Shown piece after piece: positions 49,430-62,640 of a DNA stretch of 64,000 nt. This DNA is from Octopus sinensis (lineage: Eukaryota), in assembly GCF_006345805.1 (NCBI RefSeq), contig NC_042997.1, forward strand, positions 199,578,001-199,642,000. The letters run 5' to 3'. Under the pieces are notes generated by a model. The model was not told the origin of the DNA and made no database searches. It was given only the letters and a program-made list of their open reading frames with translations. The position numbers and the translations under genes were made by a program. Within the stretch, counting starts at the first letter, position 1. Each line of letters opens with the position of its first letter.

Positions 49430-50232
49430 TTTTTAACACATCTTTAATGGTTCATTACAACTGTTTCTGTTCCACCTTTGCCCGCAATGCCAGCTTATGC
49501 AAAACTTTTGAGTGAAAATTGACATAATATTTGTGGTTTTGTGGAAGCACATGGCCGAGGGATTGCAATTTTGATTCTCAGACCGAGCGATGTGTGTATT
49601 TATGAGTGAAACACCTAAGCACCACTCGGCTCTGGCAGAAGGTAATGGCGAACTTCTGCCGACTCTTTTGCCACAACTTTTTCGCACTCTTTCCTCCTGC
49701 ATGTAGCAGCTCACCTGCGATGGACCGTGTCCTATCCAGGTGGGGAACCTATATGCCAAGGAAACTGGGAAACCGGCCCTATGTGCCAGACATGGCTTGA
49801 GAAGGAACAAACATCAAACATTTGTGGTTTTAGACATTACAGTGGCACTTCGTCAGACTTGCATCAAAGGTGCAAAATAACATTGTGTGTCTTCTAGACA
49901 TTGCTTTTTGGCTTTTTTTCTTTCCTTCTTTTTGTTTCTTCTTCTTCTTTCTGCTCCTCCTCTATAACCCTACCACATGATCTCTATGCTAATTACTCAT
50001 CTCCTAACAACACTTTTATTTACCTTTTGTTTCCTCCTGAAATAAGCCAAAAACACAAGGTCCGGAAGACACACAATATGCCAACACACCTTTGATGCAA
50101 GTCTGATGAAGTACCTCTGTAATGTATAAAAACCACAAACATTACACAAAAGTTTGAAGTGAAAATTTACGTAAACTGGTGTTGCAAGCAGAGATGGTAC
50201 AGAAATAATTGTAACGAATCATTAAAGATTTC
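49430..50232. repeat. Diverged ~200-bp inverted repeat pair (left arm split by a SINE)
   Basis: 49430-49540 plus 49820-49915 is the reverse complement of 50044-50232 (e.g. TCAGACTTGCATCAAAGGTG / CACCTTTGATGCAAGTCTGA). Confidence 0.75.
49541..49819 (+). mobile_element. SINE with V-domain-like segment and 12-bp TSD
   Basis: Flanked by ATTTGTGGTTTT at 49529-49540 and 49820-49831; contains CCTGCGATGGACC..TCCAGGTGGGG. Confidence 0.75.
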
Positions 50233-51382
50233 TTAAGAAACACCTTGTCTTTTTATCATTTACTCTTCACCAAACCCACATGAAAGAGTGGCAGTTGCGA
50301 AACCAGGATTTTCTACACTTGAAGAATTTTGGTATTTGTCTGAAACCCAACAGTGTTGATAGCCAAGAATTCGGGGTGAGTGCTTCTCAAGAACTATCCT
50401 ACTTTTATACCCCACCAAGACATACACACACACAGAGGATCTCTTTGGTTCTAGCGTCCTGATTTGTATATTGTATAGGCCATGTGCTCAGAGCCCGGTG
50501 ATTGCTTGGAGACACAAAGCGTGCTGTTAAAACTTGCCTTGACTACATCTTCAATGCATGAAACTGTTACTAGTTCATAACTGTATATCATGTATATTAA
50601 ATAATATTTATCTCTCACTGGATGGAGTGTTTTTCTGTTGATGTTACCTTCATGGAAAAGTAAACCATGGGTATGTGCATGTGTGTATCTGTGTGTCCTT
50701 TCCATTGCGTGACAATATTGGCTTGCTTGTGTCTCCATAACTTAGCAGCTCAGCAAAAGTGAACAAATAAATAAGTACCAGACTTAAACAGAAGTACTGA
50801 GATTGATTTCTTCAACTAAATCTCTTCAACTAAAACTCCAGTATGGCCACAGTCCAATGACTGCCAAAAGTAAAAGAAGAGAAATGAAAGAATTCTAAGC
50901 AACAGATTTCTGTTGCTATCCTTTGCTGCATACAAAATCCTAATTTCACTAATGTTTATTACAACGACACCAGCATTGAAATTAAAAGCAAATTTCCAAT
51001 CCTTCCCATTCAAACAATTGGAATTTTCAGTAATTACTCATCTGAAATGAAAGTAATTTAAATTGCACTTACATTTGTGTAATCTATAAATCAAGTACAA
51101 ATTCTTTCATTGTTCACATGTCTACCTAGCTATAAGTAGGTAAGGATGTATGATTGAACACATAAGCACTATAGAAGCACAAGATAAGGTGGTAGTAATG
51201 TCATGGGGCTGCATACCTGAACACAAACAGTTCAAATATTGCTCCAGACATAAAGGCATTTGTATATTTTAAGTATCACTCTATTACTCATCAATGCTGG
51301 GTTGACTATTTGAGAGGATTTACAGATTTAAATAAGAAACCTACCACTGATACAACTGTTTCAAAGAAAAACTGTTCCCTAT

Positions 51383-51419
<37 letters not shown>

Positions 51420-51474
51420 CAATGCTCCAGTATGGTCATAGCCAATAGGCTGAAACTAGTTACCTGTTGTTAAG

Positions 51475-51680
51475 TCGGCAAGCTAGCAGAATCGTTAGCA
51501 TGCCATACGAAATGCTTAGCAGGATTTCACCTGTCACTATGTTCTGAGTCCACATTCCATTGAGGTCGATTTATCCTTTCAGGGTTGATAAATTAAATGT
51601 CAGTGAAGAACTGGGGCCAGTATAATCAACTTGTCCCCTTCACCAAAATTTCAGGCCTTGTGCCTATAATAGAAAGGTTA
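51475..51680 (+). mobile_element. SINE family B
   Basis: GGCAAGCTAGCAGAATCGTTAGC...TTGTGCCTATAATAGAAAGG. Confidence 0.7.
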
Positions 51681-52029
51681 TTTGTGCATGGCTATGGTGC
51701 ACACAAATAACAACAGGTACTAATTCAGGTATATTCTTATGTAATTAGCTGCAGGAAACACATCCATCTATAGCTATCTGAGCCGATAAAGAAAATTTAT
51801 AAGGCTACTTGACCATTGTAGACATAGCTGTCAAGTGAACAGCATCATCTAAAATGAAAAAGGTAGATTGAATAACATTATGTATAAAGATATATTGATG
51901 GGATGATCATGGCTGTAATGACTGATCATATGTGTGCTCCATGAGGTTTAGTTAGGGTTAAATAATGGTAACATTCATCTCATCTATCTGTCTCATTATA
52001 TCTTTCACACTGTCTATCTCTCTTATTTT

Positions 52030-52530
52030 CATCATCATCGTTTAACGTCCACTTTCCATGCTAGCATGGGTTGGACGGTTTGACTGAGGGCTGGCGAACC
52101 AGATGGCTGCACCAGGCTCCAGTCTTGATCTGGCAGAGTTTCTACAGCTGGATGCCCTTCCTAACACCAACCACTCCGAGAGTGTAGTGGGTGCTTTTAC
52201 GTGCCACTGGCATGGGGTGGGGTGGGGGGTAGTCATGCGGTACTGGCAATGACCTCGCTTGAATCTTTTTACACATGCCAATGGCACAGGTAAGGCAATG
52301 CTGGTAACGATCACGCTCGAATGGTGCCTCCTACATGTCACCGGCACAGAAGCCAGTTAGCCCTCTGGCAACGATCACGCTCGGACGATGCTCTTAGCAC
52401 CCTACTAGCACGGGGCACAAGTACCAGTAAGGTGATGCTGGTAGCGATCACGCTCGAATAGTGCCTTTTATGTGCCACTGGCACAGAAGCTGGTTAGCCA
52501 CCCTGTCGACGATCATACTCGTATGGTGCT
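52030..52530 (-). mobile_element. RTE-clade LINE 3' UTR (family C) with internal repeats
   Basis: Reverse-complement family-C tail, with CGATCACGCTCG repeated at ~52308, 52372 and 52445. Confidence 0.8.
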
Positions 52531-52548
52531 AGAGTTATTTTTATTCTC

Positions 52549-53797
52549 ATAGGCTGTTTCACATGAAATGCCGTATTTGAAAGATAATAAAATGTTTCAG
52601 AAGTGTTAGATAACTGATTTATTTTATCAAATTATGATCCATGCTCATTTATGACATTTATCCAACATTTCTCCATATCACATATTTCATCTTTGAAAAG
52701 AATTCATCTTTTGCTGTGATAAACTGTCCAAATGCTTCAATTACCTCTTCTCTATTTAAGAATGTTTTATTGCTTATGAAAAGCTCAAAATGCTTAAATA
52801 AGTGATGATCAGTAGGAGAGATATCAGGGGAATAGCAAGAATATTGCAAAATTTCATAATTCCGGCTTTGCAACTTTTGGACTGTAACTCGAGAAGTGTG
52901 AGGGCATGCATTGTCATGGAGCAAAATTGGGACATCTTTATTCACTAGTCTCGGCTGCTTCTTTTTCAAATTCTCATGCATACAATCAATTTCCTGACAA
53001 TACGATGTTGCTGTTACCATTTTTCCTTGTTGCAAAAATCAATAATGAATAACTCCCTTTGCAGAACACCATACAGTGACCACTAACATTTTAGGATGCC
53101 ATGGTGGGTTTGGGTAATGTTTAGGTGACTCTCCCACATCTAATCAATGTCCTGTTCTCCTGCTGTTGTCAAAGAGTACCCATTTTTTATCACAAGTAAT
53201 GATTTGATGCAAGAATGGCCTTTTTCCAGTCGAGAAAGCAATAAGGAGCACACTTCAAGGTGTCTGTTTTTTTCAATCACATTCAGTTGATGTGGAAGAA
53301 AGCTATCTGTTTTCTTAACTTTTCAAACTTTTTACAGGTGTCCAAAAACAGTTGTGCAAGATATTTGGAGTTCTGATGAAAGTTTTCGAACCTTAGTTCT
53401 TGGATTTTGTTCAACCAAAGCATTTAATCTATCATATCAAATAACTGATTTTGGCTTACCCCTTGGTTTATTTTCAAGGCTATCATCTCCTGAATGTGAG
53501 CTTTGGAACCATCTCTAAACAGTTCTGATGTCAATAGAACCATTACCAAAGGTCTGCTTGTTATTCCATAGAGCATCTGTGACAGAGTGACCCAGTTTGT
53601 ACTCATACAAGCAAATCACTTAACATAGTTTGATTGTTATCATTTTCATAAGGTCTGTGGGTATGAATTTTGTATACCAATATTGTTGGGAAAGAAAAAG
53701 AGTCAAGATTAAATGCAAGGTATACATTATTGAGTTTTTAAATGACTGAAATAACAAGTAATTAAAAATGTGACATTTCATGTGAAATAACCCAATA
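52549..53797 (-). mobile_element. Decayed mariner transposon (~1.25 kb)
   Basis: Imperfect TIRs share TTTCACATGAAATG (52557-52570 / 53773-53786). Transposase remnant LLHDNACPH...YSPDISPTDHHLF (ORF 52658-53035) is a D,D34D-type motif. Confidence 0.88.
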
Positions 53798-54709
53798 TAT
53801 ATAATCTACCAAAACTTTAATGTATGCATGTGTGTATATATAGGTATTTAAATATATTTTGGTAAATCAATATGCATGTATTTGTATGTATTTTACTAGT
53901 TTCAACCTACTGGCTGTGATTTGTAGAAGGTTTGGCTGCTATATCTAGCAGGTCAAATGATGACATTGAAACTCTTGTTGTTTAGCCCCAAGCCAGTCTT
54001 AATAGAGTATATCCATAATTAAAGGCATTCTCTTAGCTTTGCATGTCTAGAACTATATTATTCAATGCAAGCATACTTTCCAAGGTGGCAGAGCATAATT
54101 TAAAGGAAATTTGGTTGTTATATTTAGCCAGTAGAGTTATCAACTAGTGACTCTCTTTCATGTGGCATCTGTATCAGCAATTTATATATTTTTACAAGTC
54201 CTACTAATCAAGTTTTCAAAAGCAAGCTTGCAACTTGATTCCGTTTATTCTCCATTCTTTGGTTATTGCACTGTATCAGAATACATGCAAGACTCCTGCA
54301 ACATTCATCACATCTACATAACTAATTACCTTATCATTATCAACATCAATAGTGTTGATATCTTTGTGGTCAAGGCTGAAAAGACAAACCTTTTATATTG
54401 GCTTTTCCAATCATTATTCCAACAAAGGATATAAAGTTTGCAGTAAGAGGAGAAGAATTGATTTATTATTTTTTTTAACCAAGCTGGCAGAAATGTTAGC
54501 TATGAAAAAAAAAAGGCCTCATAGTATTTCTTCTAGCACTTTACAATCTGAGTTCAAATCTTACAAAAGTCATCTCTACACTTAATTTCTTCAAGGTCAA
54601 TGAAATAAAGTACCAGTCAAGTACTATGTGGCGGGTACTAACACTTTCCCCTCAAAATTGTTGAATTTGTGCCTAATTCATAAGGTATTATTATCATTAT
54701 TACTATTAA

Positions 54710-54935
54710 GGCACTGAGCTGGCAAAATCATTGGCATGCTGGGCGAAATGCTTAGAGATATTTCATCAGCCACTACGTTCTGAGTTCAAATTCTGCCGAG
54801 GTCAACTTTGCCTTTCATCCTTTCGGTGTCGATAAATTGAGTACCAGTAGAACACTGGAGTTGATGCAATCGACTAGACCCCTTCCCACAAATTTCAGGC
54901 TTTGTGCTTTTAGTAGAAAGGATTATTATTATTAT
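54710..54935 (+). mobile_element. SINE family B ending in (ATT)n
   Basis: GAGCTGGCAAAATC...GAGTTCAAATTCTGCCGAGGTCAACTTTGCCTTTCATCCTTTCGG...GAAAGG followed by (ATT)n. Confidence 0.8.
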
Positions 54936-54936
54936 T

Positions 54937-55410
54937 GAGTGAGAGATCAGTGCATGCCATCAAAGTGACACTGGGGTAAAATATACAAAGTCATGACTAC
55001 TTGTCTGATAAGGGTACACATGCATCACAACCATATGTGCATGACGTGTGGCTCAGTTAGAATTTTCTTCTGGTTGAGTAACCTATCCTGCTCAAAAGGT
55101 CCCTGATTAAGGGTTGCTTAAGGATGTTGAACAAAACATTCATGTTTCCAAAGATAAATTATCCAAGCCCCAAAGAATTCCTCTCAACACATGGCTCTAA
55201 TGCTCCTCACTACTTCTGCTCATGATCAGAGATGCACATATCGTCAGCCACTAAGGGACATGCAGCTGGCAAGCAAATCTGTGGTACTGAGCAGAATATT
55301 TGCTGTAGCCCATCTTTTATACCAAGCCAAAACAATGTACATGATAACACTTCCAATCAGTTAAGATGAGAAGCCATGAGAACCACTGCCTAGTACTGCA
55401 TCAGAGCATT
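54937..55410 (-). mobile_element. Family D retroposon, (ATT)n on both sides
   Basis: Reverse complement of the copy at 34642-35180. Confidence 0.8.
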
Positions 55411-58400
55411 TATTATTATTATTATTATTATTATTAATATTAATTGCCAAATCGTTAGTGCATCAGACAAAATGCCTAATGGTATTTTTCTTCTGGCTCT
55501 TCAATTTCTGAGTTCAAATTCTGCCAAGGTTGACTTAGCCTTTCATCCTCCTGGGTTGGAAAAGTAGGTGTGATAATGATAATGTTCTGTACTGCACATC
55601 AGAGTGGCTTAAAAGTCTCAGTAGAATATCAGTTTCTTTTTTTCTCCAAGAAATTACTTAACCATTTTGAGAGAAGAGGCTTCCTATGTGGAATGAGACA
55701 ACAGGGCACAGCTGGCTTCATATTTAATCTGGTTAAGCAACAATACTTTTTGAGTTGGAGGTAAACACACACATACATACACATGCATGTGTGGGTGTGT
55801 ACTTGGAAATATACAGAGGAAGGGAGTAGAGAGAGGGAAAAGAGAATAGCGAGGGAAAAGGAGAGGAGGGGTAGAAACAGTGGAGAGGAAGAGAGACGAG
55901 AGAAGGGGGAAGAGTAGTGGGAGAGAGGAGGAAGAAAAAGATATAATTCATTTATGTAACATGATTGACATGAATACTTTCCCTGTCTTCATATAAATAG
56001 AGAAATAAGCTCTTATGGTGAGAGAGAGAAGAAAGGAGGGAGAAAACAAGAAATTAGAGGCATTAAAACAGGTGTCAAGTAAGTCATCATCGAATCAGTA
56101 TATCATCCAATACATGGAACCAGAACATCTCATAACCCTTCCCATGACCTTTCTCAGAGTGCAATAAAGGCAATACTAGCAGAGAGAAAGATAGAGAAGA
56201 ATCAACTCCAGTGCTTGACTGGTGCTTTGTTTTATTGACCTCCAAAAGAATAAGACACAAAATGGATCTTGCAGGATTTGAACTCAGTGATCCAAAACAC
56301 ATACTGCAAGACATTCTATCTATTGCGTGCAAAGGATTGCAATTTTCCCCTAGATCATAGATAAAATAATAGATTAGCCAAATGTTATTCCAATAATAAA
56401 CTGTAAGTAAAAAAAAAAATATGTATTTAGTGGGAAATGATGGTAGAATAGAGTTTAGGGGAAATAATACAATATCCATTTCCATAATGATTTACAGTAA
56501 TAAATAAATAACAAATATGTAACAAATATAACTTGAAGACTAGATCAGAGGAATGATGACAAATTCTAGCAAGATAGCAAAATCGATCAATAGCTGCAAG
56601 ATAGATAGATAGATACGGAGACTAGAAGAGTGACGGGGTAGAAACAGTGAGTGAGTGGAAGACTTAGATGATTTAGCAGTTGTGGTCAGCTAAGGGAGAT
56701 GAATGATAGAGTAACAAGATTAATCTACTCTGCAACACACAGACAGACAGGTTGGTGAATTTGGAAATATGATAACCAGAAAATAGTCTATAATATGCAC
56801 CGTCTCTGTAGCAATTGATTACGGCAAAATCTCAATATTTAGAGTATCAATAAAAATTTTGGGAATCCCATCTAGATGCTGTCAGCTATGAAAGACTTTT
56901 ATTCAAGATACTGGGAATTGAATTTGTAAGAAGAACTTCTCTAAAACTTTAAGAGCTGTTGGTAAAACTGGTTGAAACAGACAGTTTTAAAAAATGTGGT
57001 TAAAAAAGAAGAAAACTCAAGCATTTGGCATGCATTTCAAGCATACATTTTGTGGTAAAGTCAATAAGCAGAACAGTCTAACTATAAAGGACCAATCGAT
57101 TATTACTGGTTAGAGACATATTTTCTCGGTTTTCCCTAAGAGAATAATCCTACTATAGATACAGAAAATGGATTTTCCCATGGGAAGAAATATCTGCTAT
57201 TCTCTTTATATATTGATCTGTTTCTGATGAAGATTAAAGTATGTTCTAATATTGATTTTTCTTTACATTTACAACATAATGAATATAGATAATGCACTAG
57301 CCTTCTTTCATTAATTAAAACCTCCTACATGGACACATATGGATTCTTTTCTTACTGCATAAACTGTTTACATGCACTAAACAGCTATAATGATATATCA
57401 CATGCTATCGAAATTCCTTAATCCTATGTTTATTTCTGGTGCATTTCAATTTACTAAATTTCTTTTGCTATATACTTTCATGTGTTTCATTATAGAACCA
57501 TTTAGAGAATGCTTGTCTCAAGGAATACATTTACAGCAAGGGACTGAGGCCATGGAATATATGTATCCCTATCAGGGTGGCTTTTGAAATTTTTCAGAAA
57601 GCAGCATGCCAGTAGGAACGATAATGGTGCTTGTATAACCCCAGGTTAACCCCGATGGAGCAGACAAATGATCAAAAGCAGGCTAGCTTTGGCCATTCCC
57701 CACTAGGATCACATTATACACTGAACTTTTTCCTTCTAGAACAATCAGGTATGAATTGTGGGAATTTAGTTTCTCTTTCTACCAAGCTGACTGCCTGCCT
57801 TGAGGTTACCCAGTTTGCTTATGGGTGATGTGTGTAACTGGCATGTAATCATGTGGAGAAATTTGTTTTGTTTCGTTTAGAGCTAATAGATGTAGGCAGA
57901 CAAGTCTGTAGCTGAAGGATAGCTGTCTGTGATTTAAGCAATTACTGTGTAAAGTAAAGCATTTGAACAATTGGAGAAATGAGATAAATTCTATAAGAAT
58001 TTCTGATATTGTTGTTATTAAATAATATAAAGGCCTACTATCCTGAAATTTAAGTTCTTAGCTGTTAATTTGTGCACAATCCCTGACTACCTCAATCAGT
58101 TTATCTACCTATTTCTCTGCCAAAAGTGTACATAAATCACTTATTCCATCATACTGCTAATCCCCAAAAATTTGCATCTACATTCCTTGTCTACAAGCTG
58201 TCTAGCTGAGGCACCCCGCCATCATGCCTCATGCACACACCTCCATGCCATATATAATTTATTCATTCATCATCAGTTTATCATTCACTTTATATACTTC
58301 ATATATACTTCAATTAGAGTAGTTCATGGATCAAAGAGTACTTATTGATCAAACAGAAAAGAGTGGAAACAAAATTTGAGATGCCTTAACATGGTTGAAC

Positions 58401-59499
58401 AAAACAGAGTTAATGGTGGAACCTCTATATGGTCATATTAGTTGGTAGAAATAGCAACCCGATCTTCCTCAAATCATGCACTCTGCCAGCTTTAGATAAC
58501 CAAGAAAAGGCACTGGCCTATGGTTAAACAGCAATAATACACCATTTTTAATTCATATCACATGTTCTCTTGTCTTTCTGAACAAAAATATAGACACTAA
58601 ATTAGAAAGCTAAGTTGTTGCTGTAGATATAAACTCTTTGCAGAGATTTATTACAAAACTTAAGGAATTAAGATTACCATGAATGAATGTATCTCCTTTG
58701 AACAACTTTGCTACAATTCCCATCTGAATTCCTGGTGGAATATTAGCATTATTTAACATAGTAAGTCACAATCCCAGGCTAAAACTGAAATAGAAGTCAC
58801 TATCAATAATTTTGCTGACATTTAAATTTTGACTAAGTATATGATGTCAAAGCCGTATGTTCAATATACATTTATTTAGTCTTTCTGTAAAAGTAGGTTC
58901 TTTAGTTAAACTATTAGGTATTTAGCAGCTTGGAATAAAGATCAAAGAAAGTGATTTTGTCTTATATTAGATCTCATCAGGGATCACTTACCTTTGCCTT
59001 CCAAACTGTTAAAAGACATTATTATAAATGCAAGCATGATAATGAATGGCACAATGTATTTATATAACAATGTTATTAGTGGTATTATTTTCAATAATTA
59101 ACAATTTTATGTTGATAAGGATCATGAGATCTTTTGTTTCAATGTTAGATATCTTGATCATAGAATTTCACCAGCAAAATGCCAAATATCTACTTAATAT
59201 AGCTTACTGTTACAATATTGATTCGCTATTTAATTCTTGTGAAATAATTTTACTTATGAGCTAATGTCAAATGATTGGCAAACAGATTTACATTCATCTT
59301 GAGCGACAGAAACTGAAGGATCATGTCAGTTGTTCAATATATAGTTTGGATCATCATTGGAAAAGAATGTACCTGTAGGTATAATAGTGTAAATTTAGTA
59401 GAAAATAAGAAAATGGTAATGGAGATAGCACCAACATCACCACCACTTCCTCCAGTCACTTCTAAATGTCATTTTGATTATAATACATACTAATATAAA

Positions 59500-59700
59500 G
59501 CAGTGAGCTGGTAGAAATGTTGGGCAAAATGCTTAGGGGTATTTTGTCTGTCTTTACATTCTGAATTCAAATTTCGCCGAAATTGACTTTGCCTTTTATT
59601 CTTTTGAGGTCGATAAATTATGTACCAGTTGCATACTGGTCGATCAAATCAACTGGCCCTCGCCCCCCAAATTCCAGGCCTTGTGCCTAGAGTAGAAATG
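59500..59700 (+). mobile_element. SINE family B
   Basis: Family-B head, body and tail. Confidence 0.7.
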
Positions 59701-59929
59701 AATACATACTAATACAACCACACACAGAACAGCATGCCAACATGAAGGCTTTAAGGTAGAAGCTGGGGTTGCATAAAGATAATAAAGGGAAAATCTTCCT
59801 CAAACCACACTTTAATGTCTTACATAAGGAAAAGTAACAGTTAAACCCTTAAATGGACTGGTTATCTTCACTCATAGTTGTGTTCATTCAGAGCTGATTT
59901 GGGGTTAAAACATCAACCATTCATAATAC

Positions 59930-60620
59930 TAAATAGATATGTGTCAGGAACACATCTATCAATCTGGTTGGGAAACTTGCCCAGACCAATGCAACTCTTC
60001 TATGACAGGTGTTCCAATCTTCTATAACATATCTCCTACTTGATATCCGGTACCTGCCCAATAAGTTGATCAATATATGTTCTTCTTGGACTGCCATTAT
60101 CTTTATGTCCATACAAGAACTTCTTGAGGAAGGGATCACTGAATATTTCATTCTTGCTTCTCCTGCAGTGTTCTGCATAATATGTTCTTTCTCTGATTAC
60201 AAAGGTGATGGTAGGAAGACTGCCATTAAGTCATTACTTTGTAGATTGTTGCTGCCAAGAAAGATTGAGATCGGCACAAAGCATTCTCATGTCTGTATTG
60301 TCTTCTTTTCAAGTTTCTTGTTCAGTGTCCATGCTGTAGAGCCAAATAGAAGCATCAATTTATTGGCTGCCTTAAAGAGAAATTCCTTTTCATATTGTTA
60401 GGAAGAGAGGACTTTTATACAATTCCAAGTCTGTGTAGGGTGTTCCGTGCTTTTGCAATCCTTATCTGGACATCCATTTCTGTTGAAGCAATATTACTTC
60501 CCAGGTAAGTAAGGGCATCAATCATCTTTAGATCGGTATCGTTCTAAGCATATATATCCCCTGTCACATTATAGCTCATGTACTAGCATTGTCATGTAGT
60601 CATATTTGTGCAGCAATAGA
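59930..60620 (-). pseudogene. Decayed RTE-clade RT fragment (second lineage)
   Basis: Minus-strand fragments YLGSNIASTEMDVQIRIAKA, LLFGSTAWTLNKK and HCRRSKNE...PRRTYIDQL. Confidence 0.65.
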
Positions 60621-60891
60621 TACTACTACTAACAATAACAACAACAGCTCAAGGTCACTCCTATTGCAAATATGTTAGTTTTATTCCTTTTCAGCTATCA
60701 TTATTTTTATAGTAAAATCAATCAGTCCATTAAGGGAACCTATATGTAGCTATCTTGTCTGTTAGAAATAGCTGCCAAATGTTCCTTAACCCACACTCAA
60801 TTTTATATAAATAAGTATATATTATGTAATGTAGTCTTAGATATATTCCTAAAATGACAAGATAGTCCCAATTTGGAATGCTTTTTGATCA

Positions 60892-61315
60892 TAATAATGA
60901 TAATAATGAAAGTATTGTATACAGTGCTCAGGTGCACCACAACTTGTCAAAAGTGCGTATAAAGTATATGCAGTAATATACAAATGTCTGGAAAGCGAAC
61001 TGTGTATGAGTCAGATATATGCTTGCGTGTGCATGGAGGGGAGAAAATCAGGTGTAGTGTTAGCGAATCTCAGGAAGCATGGAAGTTTCGAAGGATCCAG
61101 TGTTCCGACAACTAACAACTGATGCCGGCAGTCTGTTCCATGCTTCAGCAACTCTTAGCGTGAAAAAACGTTTCCGAAAGTCAAGGGAGCTGTGCTGTTT
61201 TCTGACTTTATAAACATGTGTATGTGTGCGTGTATGTGTGTGTATGTATGTATAATAATAATGAAGTTATTGTATACAGTGCTCAGATGCACCACAACTT
61301 GTCAGAAAGTGCTTA
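60892..61315 (-). mobile_element. Two CR1-type LINE 3'-end fragments (60892-61218, 61253-61315)
   Basis: Reverse complement encodes KVRKQHSSLDFRKRFFTLRVAEAWNRLPASVV, matching the ORF2 end, plus hairpin and tail. Confidence 0.88.
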
Positions 61316-61727
61316 TAGATTATGCATAGATTTGTTTGACCTGGAGTTAAACAACAACTGAATTTATTGGGTCAATTATAGCTGTTTCTTGGTGAGATGC
61401 AAAAACATCTCTGAAAGTGATGCATATTGTTTCTTATGTGAACAGCTGCATCTTATGGTAGTTGATTGGTAGGATGCCAGGAAAAATGACTTTGCAGTAT
61501 TTAGCTATGGTCAGCCCTTTCCATTCTGATTTCAAATCTTGCTGAGTTCAACATGTATTTCATCTTTGGTGGCTCAATAAAATAAACTACTAATCATGTA
61601 CTGAGTCAATATTATCCTCTGTTCCATCTTCCAAAGTAATAGGTCTGATCGCCTATTGCTAAATATATCTGTGATAGCAATTCTACCAGCTCACAGCTTT
61701 TGCTGTTGTTGTTGTTATTATTATTAT

Positions 61728-61930
61728 GGTGGCAAGCTAGCAGAATCCTTAGCATGCCAGGCAAAATGCTTAATGGCATTTTGTCTGTCTTTATGCTCAG
61801 AGTTAAAATTCCGCCAAGGTCAACTTTGCCTTTCATCCTTTCAGGGTCAATTAAATAGGTACCAGTGAAACTAATCCCCTCCCCACAAATTTCAGGACTT
61901 ATGCCTATAGTAGAAAGGATTATTATTATA
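61728..61930 (+). mobile_element. SINE family B
   Basis: Family-B head, body and (ATT)n tail. Confidence 0.75.
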
Positions 61931-61935
61931 TCATT

Positions 61936-62640
61936 ATTCATTTAATATCTGTTGTCCATGCTTGCTGGGTTGGATGGTTTGACCAGAGCTGGCAAGCAGC
62001 ACCAGACTCTAGTCTGATTTGGCATAGTTTCTACAGCTGGATGCCCTTCCGAACACCAACCACTTTACAGAATGTGCTGGAAGCTTTTATGTGGTACTGC
62101 ACATGTGTTTTTACATGACACTGCAAGGGCATTTTTATGTGACACCACCACAAGTGCTTTTTACATAGCACTGGCCCAGGACTCTTGCAGATCAATCTTC
62201 ACCACTGGTGGGGACTGGTCTTAACACTTCTGCAGCAGAGTATGGGTCTTCTTGAGTTCAGCAAGGCACCAGGCATATCGGTCCTTTGTCATCTCACCTG
62301 ATGGGTTCAGCATCCTGATGTCATTCTTCAGCACTTCGTCCCATGTCTTCCACTTGCATGTGCTCCATCTACTTTGAGAGATCAGCACTTCTTTATGGAG
62401 CTGTTGGCATCCATCCTCATCATTTGACCAAACCAGTGCATTCTTCTCTCTTGCACACAGTACCAATTCCACTTACGCTTCTCTTCTCTCTCAATGCATG
62501 ACCACTCTGTCGAACAAGTACACCAACATTACACATCCAGCAGAGCATACTAGCCTCATTTCTTTCTTATCTTTGCATATCCTCTGCATTCAGGGCCCTT
62601 GTCTCACTACCATGTAGAATTGCTGTCTGTATACAATGCA
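61936..62640 (-). mobile_element. RTE-clade LINE 3' portion (ORF C-terminus + family-C UTR)
   Basis: KTWDEVLKNDIRMLNPSGEMTKDRYAWCLAELKKT, upstream LHGSET..L motif, then a UTR with CATAAAAATGCC/AAAAGC repeats and the tail. Confidence 0.8.

Noticed and set aside
57220-57245. Further CTGATGA hits (also 9804, 41774, 63950) as hammerheads
   Set aside because: No stem II plus GAAA in register was found.
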